The notes beneath the pieces are model-generated. The model was given only the letters and a program-made list of their open reading frames with translations, was not told where the DNA came from and made no database searches. Of a stretch of 64,000 nt of DNA, positions 17,809-24,830 are shown piece by piece. The stretch's first letter is position 1; each line of letters begins with the position of its first letter. The stretch comes from Chloroflexota bacterium (lineage in GTDB: Bacteria > Chloroflexota > Limnocylindria > Limnocylindrales > CSP1-4), in contig JADGQK010000001.1 in NCBI GenBank assembly GCA_017881915.1, forward strand, positions 2,889 to 66,888, in the 5' to 3' direction. The position numbers and the translations under genes are program-made.

Positions 17809-19470
17809 ATGTCCCGCCCGCTGGTCCCCGCCTTTCTCGCCCGCGGCGCTCATGGCGCCGTGGTCGCGCCCCATCACCTGGCATCCGCCGCCGGCCTGGG
17901 CATCCTCCGGGCGGGCGGTTCCGCCGTGGATGCGGCAATCGCCACGAATGCCGTCCTTGCCGTCGTCGACAGCCAGGCCTGTGGGATCGGCGGCGATGCG
18001 TTCTGGCTGATCTGGGACGCGGCGGGGCGACGCCAGCTGGGTCTGAACGGCAGCGGCCGATCGGCCCGGACCGCGAGTGCGGCGGCGCTCCGTGCGCGAG
18101 GGCTCCGGACGATGCCCGCGCGCGGCGGTCTGTCGATCACGGTGCCGGGCGCCGTCCGATCGTGGGGCGATGCCCATGATCGTTTCGGCCGCCTGCCGCG
18201 GGCAACTCTCCTCGCGCCAGCGATCGAAATCGCCAGGGACGGTTTCCCGGCCGACGACGCGTTCTGCCACGCGATCGAGGTCAATGGGCTGCTGTTCGAG
18301 CGCGAACTCGGGGCCCGCGGTGCCGGCTGGACCGCCGTGTATCGGTCGGCCCGCCGGCCCTGGCATCTGGGCGAACGCGTCCGCCTGCCGGCCCTCGCCG
18401 CGACCCTCGAGCGGATCGCGGCCAACGGCTGGGCCGAGCCCTACGAAGGCGCTACGGCGGACCGGCAGGCTACCGTCCTGGCCGCGTCGGGCTCGGCGAT
18501 CGGGCTCGAGGACCTGCGGTCGCACCGGTCCACCTGGACCGAGCCGATCGCGACGACCTATCGCGGGGTCCGGGTGACCGGCCACCCGCCGAACAGCTCG
18601 GGCTTCGTGGCTCTCGAGCTGCTCAACATCCTCGAGACGTTCGACCCACCGGCGGCTGCGGAGCCGGGCCCGGCCGCCCTCTCCGAACGCCTCCGCTGGG
18701 CCCACCTCGGGATTGAGGCCTCGAAGCTGGCGATGGCCGACCGGGATGCCCACCTGACCGATCCCGAGCACTATCGGGCACCCCTCGAGCGCCTCCTCGA
18801 CAAGGCCTATGCCCGGGACCTCGCCCGGATGATTGATCCCAGCCGGGCGGCTCAGCCACCAGCGGCGGGCGTCCCACGCGGCGGCGGCACGGTCTGGCTG
18901 GGCGTGGTGGACGGCGACGGCAATGCGGTCAGCCTGATCCAGAGCAACTACGCCGGCTTCGGGTCGGGCATCGTTGACCCGCAGACCGGGATTGCCTACC
19001 AGAATCGGGGGTCGTACTTCGGCCTTGACGAGGACCACCCGAACGTCCTTGCGCCGGCCAAGCGAACCCTCCACACACTGATGCCCGGGATGCTCTTCCG
19101 CGCTGGCCGGCCATGGTTGATCCTCGGTTCGATGGGTGGCGACGCCCAGCCCCAGGTGCATGCCCAGGTGGTCTCCGCCCTGGTTGACGGCGGGGTCGAC
19201 GTGGCCTCGGCCGTGGCCGACCCACGCTGGTTCGTCGAACCCGACGAACACTTTGCCCCACCCGACACCGTCCGGATCGAGCCCCGCTTCGGTCCTGAGC
19301 TCCTCGGCGGGCTGACCGCTCTTGGCCACGAAGTGACGCCGACCGAGCCATTCGATGGCGCCCTGGGCCACTGCCATGCCATCGAGATCATCGCCGGCGG
19401 ACCTGCCCGCGGCGGCAGCCTGGCCGCGGCGACAGATCCGCGCAGCCAGGGCCTGCCGGCAACCTGGTAG
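17809..19470 (+). CDS. ggt: Gamma-glutamyltransferase family protein
   Basis: The 553-aa sequence contains GGSAVDAAIATN and the autoprocessing/nucleophile region GGGTVWLGVVDGDGNAVSLIQSNYAGFGSG, plus GSMGGD near the C-terminus. Confidence 0.9.
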   Translation: MSRPLVPAFLARGAHGAVVAPHHLASAAGLGILRAGGSAVDAAIATNAVLAVVDSQACGIGGDAFWLIWDAAGRRQLGLNGSGRSARTASAAALRARGLRTMPARGGLSITVPGAVRSWGDAHDRFGRLPRATLLAPAIEIARDGFPADDAFCHAIEVNGLLFERELGARGAGWTAVYRSARRPWHLGERVRLPALAATLERIAANGWAEPYEGATADRQATVLAASGSAIGLEDLRSHRSTWTEPIATTYRGVRVTGHPPNSSGFVALELLNILETFDPPAAAEPGPAALSERLRWAHLGIEASKLAMADRDAHLTDPEHYRAPLERLLDKAYARDLARMIDPSRAAQPPAAGVPRGGGTVWLGVVDGDGNAVSLIQSNYAGFGSGIVDPQTGIAYQNRGSYFGLDEDHPNVLAPAKRTLHTLMPGMLFRAGRPWLILGSMGGDAQPQVHAQVVSALVDGGVDVASAVADPRWFVEPDEHFAPPDTVRIEPRFGPELLGGLTALGHEVTPTEPFDGALGHCHAIEIIAGGPARGGSLAAATDPRSQGLPATW

Positions 19471-19575
19471 ACCCAGCCGACCGGCCGCGGTCCCTCGCCT
19501 ATACTCGAAGTGCCGGTTGCCGCTGCGATGGCGAGGACGCAGCAACGACGCCGCAGCACCGCTGGGAGGGGTCCC

Positions 19576-19848
19576 GTGACGTCGAACGTCGGCCAGAACT
19601 ATCCCTACTCAAGCGAAACCGAGGCCGCCCGGGCGGCAACGATCGCCCGCCTTGCCGCCGAGCGCGACGGGCTCGCGGCCAAGCTGGCCACCGAGACGAC
19701 GCCGGTCGAGCCGGGGGATCGCTGGTGGGTCTACAAGTGCCCCACCCCGGGCTGTGCCGGGCTGCTCCACGTGGCCGGCTTCGCCCACGACCTGCACGCC
19801 GTCTACGTCGTCTGCGACGGGGCCTGCGCGAAGACCTTCCTGCGCTGA
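19576..19848 (+). CDS. Small hypothetical protein with a putative zinc ribbon (CPTPGC ... CDGAC)
   Basis: A GTG at 19576 is preceded by GGGAGGGG. The N-terminal part is helical and the C-terminal part carries 4 Cys. The family is unknown. Confidence 0.5.
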   Translation: MTSNVGQNYPYSSETEAARAATIARLAAERDGLAAKLATETTPVEPGDRWWVYKCPTPGCAGLLHVAGFAHDLHAVYVVCDGACAKTFLR

Positions 19849-19937
19849 CCGGCCCAAGCGACCCCGCCGCCGGCCTGCCTCCGATTGACGGCCTGCCTCC
19901 GATCGACTCGACGATCCTGCGCGCGGCCCGGCGCAGA

Positions 19938-20651
19938 TTGGTCGTCGACGGGAGCGGGCTCGTCGCCTCGACCTTCGGCTTCGGCCTTGTCTTCGGCCTG
20001 ACCGCCCGTTCGGCGGGCTTCTCCCCGATCGAGGCGATCGCGTTCTCGGTGATCGTCTTCGCGGGCGCCAGCCAGTTCGCGGCCACGGGCATGGTCGCGG
20101 CCGGTTTCGCCTGGCCGGCGATCGTCGTCCTGACTGCCCTCGTCAACGCCCGCCACCTGCTCTATTCGGCCTCGCTGGCTCCGTGGCTGCGGGGCCAGCC
20201 CTTCTTCGCGCGGCTGGTCATGTCCCACCTCCTGACTGACGAGGCGTTTGCCCTGGCCAGTGTCCATTTCCGCCGACTGGGCCGGGTGGACCCGGCCGGC
20301 TACTGGATCGCTGCGATCGGCTCGACGTTCATCCCCTGGAACGTGGCCACGATCGTGGGGGTGCTGGGTGGCCAGTTCATCCCGGATCCCCGGGTCCTTG
20401 GCCTCGACGTCGTCTTCCCGGCAGCGATGGCCGGTCTGGCCGTGGGTCTGTCGAACGGTCGCCGGGAAGTCGTGGCGGCAACGGTCGGAGTGATCTGCGC
20501 TGTCGCGATCGGACTGCTGTGGGACAGTCGGGTCGGAATCGTCGTCGGCGGCCTGATCGGGCCGCTGGCTGGCCTGGCCATGCCCCGCGCCGCCGACGCC
20601 ACGCCGATGGGCGACATCGTCGAGGACCTGGGCGGCGGAATGCCGTCATGA
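19938..20651 (+). CDS. azlC: Branched-chain amino acid exporter, large subunit (AzlC family)
   Basis: The sequence contains FGLVFGLTARSAGFSPIEAIAFSVIVFAGASQFA and ALVNARHLLYS. The start is uncertain; an in-frame TTG at 19938 is the first candidate after the previous gene. Confidence 0.8.
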   Translation: MVVDGSGLVASTFGFGLVFGLTARSAGFSPIEAIAFSVIVFAGASQFAATGMVAAGFAWPAIVVLTALVNARHLLYSASLAPWLRGQPFFARLVMSHLLTDEAFALASVHFRRLGRVDPAGYWIAAIGSTFIPWNVATIVGVLGGQFIPDPRVLGLDVVFPAAMAGLAVGLSNGRREVVAATVGVICAVAIGLLWDSRVGIVVGGLIGPLAGLAMPRAADATPMGDIVEDLGGGMPS

Positions 20652-20989
20652 CGACCGGACTGGTCGGACTGGCCCTGCTGATGGCCCTGGTGACCTACCC
20701 AAGCCGGGCGATCCCGCTGCTGGCGCCGGGTTTTGACCGCCTGCCGCCACGGGCGCTCGAGTACCTCCGGCTCGTCGGTCCGGCCGTCCTTGGCTCGATC
20801 GCCGCGGCCCAGATCTTCGTCACTCCGGGCACGCGCGGCGGGGCTCCCACGCTCCACATCGGGATCGAATGGCTGGCGGTCGGCGTCTGCGTCGCCAGCG
20901 TAGCCTGGCGCCGGAACCTGCTTCTCGGCATCGTCCTGGCCGTCGTGATCGTGGCCGGAGCGCGGGCACTCGGCCTGGCCGGCGCCTGA
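20648..20989 (+). CDS. azlD: Branched-chain amino acid exporter, small subunit (AzlD family)
   Basis: This is a 113-aa hydrophobic protein. Its ATG overlaps the azlC stop (ATGA), and it contains LMALVTYPSRAIPLL. Confidence 0.8.
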   Translation: MTTGLVGLALLMALVTYPSRAIPLLAPGFDRLPPRALEYLRLVGPAVLGSIAAAQIFVTPGTRGGAPTLHIGIEWLAVGVCVASVAWRRNLLLGIVLAVVIVAGARALGLAGA

Positions 20990-21005
20990 CTAGCGCCTGG
21001 CCGGA

Positions 21006-21404
21006 TCAGGGGTCGCGGACCGCGTCGGCCTCGATCTCCACGAGCAGGGACGGCTCGATCAGGGCCCGGACCTCGACGATCGTGGCGGCCGGCCCAACCG
21101 CGCCGAGGCGTTCCCCGAGGGCCTCGAGGATCGCCCGGCTGTGACCGATGTTGGTCGTGAAGATCCGCACGCGGACGACGTCCTGACGCGAGAAACCAGC
21201 CTCGTGGAGGGCCGCCTCGATGATCATGAGGACCGCCCGGGCCTGGCCGGCGGGATCCTCGGGATGGAGCGATCGACCATCCGGCCCGGCGTCGGTCGTG
21301 CCCGATACCCAGCAGGCGTTGCCGGCCACAAGGGCCCGGCTGTAGCCATAGCGAGCCTCGAACGGCCCACCCGAGGAAATCCGGCGGCGTTCCGCGCGGG
21401 CCAT
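21006..21404 (-). CDS. RidA/YjgF/Endoribonuclease L-PSP family protein
   Basis: The 132-aa sequence ends with ...VRVRIFTTNI...ATIVEVRALIEPSLLVEIEADA, typical of the family. The ATG at 21404 lies 1 nt downstream of the upstream gene's stop. Confidence 0.85.
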   Translation of the reverse strand: MARAERRRISSGGPFEARYGYSRALVAGNACWVSGTTDAGPDGRSLHPEDPAGQARAVLMIIEAALHEAGFSRQDVVRVRIFTTNIGHSRAILEALGERLGAVGPAATIVEVRALIEPSLLVEIEADAVRDP

Positions 21405-21405
21405 C

Positions 21406-22671
21406 TCAGGCGCGGTGCGGACGCCAGGATCCGACCAGCGGATCCCGGCCAACGGCGAGCAGGAGACCCGCCAGCAGGGTCGTCCGCGGAACGATCGAGT
21501 CGACCTCGAGATACTCGTCCGCGGAGTGGTCATTCCCCCCGATCGGCCCCAGGCCGTCGAGCGTGGGCACGCCCAGGCCGGCGGTCGTATTGGCATCGGA
21601 GGCTCCCCCCGTCGCCGCGTCGGCCAACGCGAAGCCGAGTCGGCCGGCAAGGGCCTGGGCGTGGAGGACGAGCCGGCCGCTCCGTTCGAGCCGTTCCATC
21701 GGCCAGTGGCGAGCGGTCTCCTCGATCGTCACCTGCGTGTCGGCGACGGCGGTAGTCGCCGCAACCAACCGGACGGCGGCCTCGGCGGCCTCGAGCAGCT
21801 CCCGGCTCGGGGCTCGCAGGTCGACCTCGAGGACAGCTTCCTCGGCGACGACGTTCGGTCGGCTGCCGCCGTGGACGACGCCGACATTCACGGTGACCCC
21901 CGGCCAGCGCCCGTTGAGGGCCTGCAGTTCGAGCACCTGGTGGGCCGCCGCGAGGATCGCGTTGCGGCCCTTCTCCGGCTCCACGCCGGCGTGGGCGGCC
22001 CGGCCGTGCACGGTGAGCCGAAGATCGATCGTGCCCTTCCGGGCGGACACGATGTCGCCGTTCGCCCGGGCGCACTCGAGGACGAAGCACACGTCGGAGG
22101 CGAGGGCCAGCTCGCGGATCGTGGCCGTGCTGGAGACCGAGCCGATTTCTTCGTCAGGGTTGGCCACGAAGACGAGTCGCTCGAAGGGTAGCTCGCCGGT
22201 GGCCGCCGCCCGTTCTCCTTCGCCGTCGCCCTCGCCCAGCGAGAGCAGGGCGAGGATCGCGTAGAGCCCGGCCAGCAGGCCGCTCTTCATGTCGGTCACC
22301 CCCGGCCCGCGGGCGATGCCGGCGTCGATCCGGAGCGGCCGGGCGGCCACTGTGCCTTCCGGGAAGACCGTGTCGAGGTGGCCGATCAGGAGCGCCCGGG
22401 GACCGCCGGGCCGGCCATTGAACGTCCCGACGACGGTGTTCCCGAGGACCGAATGGGCGTGGATCTCGACCTGGGCGCCGAGTCGCTCGAGGAAGGCGGC
22501 CGTCCAGCTGCCGACCTGGTCGACACCGGCCTTGGTGTAGCTGCCGCAATCGACGTTGACCAGGGTGGCCAGGTCTTCGAGGAAGGCCGGCAGCTCGTCC
22601 TGGACGATCTCCTCGAGCTCCTCCAGCTCATCCGGGCTGACGGCGGCGCCGGGCGGGTGCAGAGCATCCAT
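21406..22671 (-). CDS. M20-family metallopeptidase (carboxypeptidase G2 / ArgE/DapE-like)
   Basis: The sequence contains LLIGHLDTVFPEGT, GPGVTDMKSGL, NPDEEIGS and DGLGPIGGNDHSADEY. Confidence 0.9.
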   Translation of the reverse strand: MDALHPPGAAVSPDELEELEEIVQDELPAFLEDLATLVNVDCGSYTKAGVDQVGSWTAAFLERLGAQVEIHAHSVLGNTVVGTFNGRPGGPRALLIGHLDTVFPEGTVAARPLRIDAGIARGPGVTDMKSGLLAGLYAILALLSLGEGDGEGERAAATGELPFERLVFVANPDEEIGSVSSTATIRELALASDVCFVLECARANGDIVSARKGTIDLRLTVHGRAAHAGVEPEKGRNAILAAAHQVLELQALNGRWPGVTVNVGVVHGGSRPNVVAEEAVLEVDLRAPSRELLEAAEAAVRLVAATTAVADTQVTIEETARHWPMERLERSGRLVLHAQALAGRLGFALADAATGGASDANTTAGLGVPTLDGLGPIGGNDHSADEYLEVDSIVPRTTLLAGLLLAVGRDPLVGSWRPHRA

Positions 22672-22677
22672 TCCGGC

Positions 22678-22683
22678 AGTCTA
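22678..22683 (-). promoter_or_regulatory. Candidate -10 hexamer TAGACT, 6 nt upstream of the M20 peptidase ATG (leaderless-type)
   Basis: The minus strand reads GGGTAGACTGCCGGA-ATG. This is sequence resemblance only. Confidence 0.35.
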
Positions 22684-22693
22684 CCCGCGTTGT

Positions 22694-22699
22694 TAGACT
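22694..22699 (+). promoter_or_regulatory. Candidate -10 hexamer TAGACT, 10 nt upstream of GTG 22710 / 16 nt upstream of ATG 22716
   Basis: The plus strand reads TGTTAGACTCCCCGGAACC-GTG-CGA-ATG. This is sequence resemblance only. Confidence 0.3.
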
Positions 22700-22715
22700 C
22701 CCCGGAACCGTGCGA

Positions 22716-24482
22716 ATGATCGAGATCCGGCTGCTCGAGGGTCCGAACGTCTACCGGCTGGAACCGGTGGCCAAGATCGAAGTCGCCATCGGCCGCCGGC
22801 GGACCTGGTATGGCCAGCGCAACCCCGCCCGCCACGCGCTCGTGCGTCTCGGCCAGGCGGTGCCGGTTCGCGACTGGCCGGATGACGTCGCCGCACTGGC
22901 GGCCTGGCTCAAACGTCTCCGCGCAGATCACGGCGGCGGCCGGGCAGGGCTCGTGGTCCATCGCTCGTCCGACCCCGGCCACTGGATCGTGACGTTTCCG
23001 TGGTCGGCTGCCGGACGCACCCGGATGATCGCCGAGGCGGCCCTGGGCCTGGTCGAGCGCAACGTGTCGCCAGCCCGGACCGCCAGACTAACGGGTGGTC
23101 AGGCTCGCCTGCTGGCCCGCTGGGCAGCCCGGATCGGCGCAGCAGACACGACCGCACCAACCTGGCTCCGCGATGCAGATCGGCGCATCCCGATCGTGTC
23201 GATCAGCGGGACGAACGGTAAGAGCACGACGACCCGACTGATCAGCCACATCCTCGTCGTCGCCGGCCGGCACACCGGGACAACCACCTCGGACGGCGTC
23301 CTGGTCGATGAGCGGATGGTCGACCCGGGTGACTGGACGGGGCCCGGCGGCGCCGCCCAGATCCTGGGCCGATCCGACGTGGAGGTCGCGGTCCTCGAAA
23401 CGGCGCGGGGCGGGATCGTGCTCAAGGGCGTCGGCTACGAGTCGAACGACGTGAGCGTGCTGACCAACGTGACCGCCGATCACCTCGACCTGCAGGGAAT
23501 CCACACCCTCCCCGAGCTGGCCGAGGTGAAGGCCACGATCTGCCGGATCACGAAACCTGATGGCTGGGCGATCCTCAACGGCGATGATCCCTTCGTCGCC
23601 GCGATGGCCCGCCGCGTTCGGGCCCGGGTGGCGTTCTTCTCGATCGCCGGCCGGCCGCCGGCGATCATCGTCCGCCAGCTTGCCGACGGCGGACGGGCCT
23701 ACCTCCTGCGCCGGGACATCCTGGTCGAGGTCGCTGGCGGCCGGACGGCGGAGATCGCGAGCGTCGCGGAGCTGCCGATCACGATCGGCGGCGTGGCCCG
23801 CCACAACATCGCTAACGCGCTGGCCGCCGCCGGCGCGGCCCGGGCCCTGGGCGCGACGATCGAGCAGGTCCGCCGGGGGCTGATCGACTTCCGGCCCAAT
23901 TCGGAGCGATCGCCCGGGCGCCTGAACATCTACCGCCTGGGCAACCGAATCGTGATCGTCGACTTTGCCCACAACGAGGCGGGCACTTCGGCAATCCTCG
24001 ACGTGGCCGAAGGGATTGCCGGCGGGGCGGCCGGGCGGGCCACGCCGATCACGGTGATCATCGGCACGGCCGGCGATCGACCCGATGACTCGCTCCGGGG
24101 GATCGGGCGAATCGCCGCCGAGCGAGCCCAGCGGGTCGCGATCAAGGAGACCCGCAACTACCTCCGTGGTCGGACCCGCGAATCGATCGTCGGCGAGCTG
24201 CTGGCCGGGATCCGCTCGGCGGGCACTCCCGCCGCCCAGGCCCCGGTGCCGGTCTACGAGTCGGAGACCGCGGCCCTCCACGCGGAGCTGAACGGGGCCG
24301 CGGCCGCCGAGGCGGCCCGCACCGGGGCGCGGCCGGATGCCGCCCGGATCGTCGTCCTGATGTGCCACGAGGAGCGCGAGGCGGTCTTCGCCATGCTGGC
24401 CGAGCTTGGCGCGCGGCCGCTGGATCTCGGTTCGGACCTGACCGAGCTCATCCCCCGACTGCAGGATCGCCGGCGCCGGTAG
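22716..24482 (+). CDS. Cyanophycin-synthetase-like protein: CphA N-domain + complete Mur-ligase-type M domain, with no ATP-grasp domain
   Basis: The N-terminus MIEIRLLEGPNVYRLEPV aligns with IVETRIMRGPNYWAREPV of the cphA in this window. IPIVSISGTNGKSTTTRLISHIL...NVTADHLDLQG...IIGTAGDRPDD is colinear with the CphA M domain. The start is either the ATG at 22716 or the GTG at 22710. Confidence 0.85.
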   Translation: MIEIRLLEGPNVYRLEPVAKIEVAIGRRRTWYGQRNPARHALVRLGQAVPVRDWPDDVAALAAWLKRLRADHGGGRAGLVVHRSSDPGHWIVTFPWSAAGRTRMIAEAALGLVERNVSPARTARLTGGQARLLARWAARIGAADTTAPTWLRDADRRIPIVSISGTNGKSTTTRLISHILVVAGRHTGTTTSDGVLVDERMVDPGDWTGPGGAAQILGRSDVEVAVLETARGGIVLKGVGYESNDVSVLTNVTADHLDLQGIHTLPELAEVKATICRITKPDGWAILNGDDPFVAAMARRVRARVAFFSIAGRPPAIIVRQLADGGRAYLLRRDILVEVAGGRTAEIASVAELPITIGGVARHNIANALAAAGAARALGATIEQVRRGLIDFRPNSERSPGRLNIYRLGNRIVIVDFAHNEAGTSAILDVAEGIAGGAAGRATPITVIIGTAGDRPDDSLRGIGRIAAERAQRVAIKETRNYLRGRTRESIVGELLAGIRSAGTPAAQAPVPVYESETAALHAELNGAAAAEAARTGARPDAARIVVLMCHEEREAVFAMLAELGARPLDLGSDLTELIPRLQDRRRR

Positions 24483-24541
24483 GCTCGTCGCACCGTTCCG
24501 GGCTCCGTCCTCGGGCCTGGGGGCCCTGCCGGGTCCGGGTT

Positions 24542-24757
24542 TCGTGCCGGGATGTGCGCACAGAACATCGAAACGCCATGTTCGGACCGAAACGCGGTCG
24601 TTCCGGGTGCCTTGTGGGTCCTGCGCAGGCCTGCCCGCGCGGATTCGCGCCGCGCCACGCTTTCGCCGGGGCGATGCTCGAGCGTTGGCATTGGCCAGAG
24701 AGCTTGCCAGTAATCGAAATCGGCGTTTTGGTGTTCTGTGCGCACACCCCGGCACGG
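24542..24757. repeat. MITE-like element, family 1, copy B (~215 bp, 42-43-bp terminal inverted repeats)
   Basis: The left arm is CGTGCCGGGATGTGCGCACAGAACATCGAAACGCCATGTTCG (24543-24584). The reverse complement of the right arm (24715-24757) is CCGTGCCGGGGTGTGCGCACAGAACACCAAAACGCCGATTTCG. The two arms differ at about 6 of 42 positions. Confidence 0.65.
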
Positions 24758-24830
24758 ACCAGCCCCCCGTCACGGACCAGCCCCCCGGCACCCGCGGCCG
24801 AGGCCGAGCCGGGCGAGCACGCGCAGAGAC

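Noticed and set aside
17278-19545. A 755-aa minus-strand ORF. Similar very long ORFs occur at 9014-10771(-), 13504-15435(+), 23088-24791(-), 30757-32409(+), 47898-50081(+), 8679-9923(-) and 12054-13331(+).
   Set aside because: All are antisense or out of frame relative to genes with clear family motifs (ggt, coaBC/panB, gdhA, the CphA-like gene, lhr, ligD/ku). Their translations are Arg/Pro/Gly/Asp-rich low-complexity strings. This is typical of stop-poor non-coding frames in ~70% GC DNA.
24555-24590. A LexA/Cheo-box-like sequence, GAACATCGAAACGCCATGTTCG, inside the MITE family-1 arm.
   Set aside because: The spacing between GAAC and GTTC is 14 nt rather than the 4 nt of Gram-positive/actinobacterial SOS boxes. 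The resemblance is a by-product of the element's internal palindrome.
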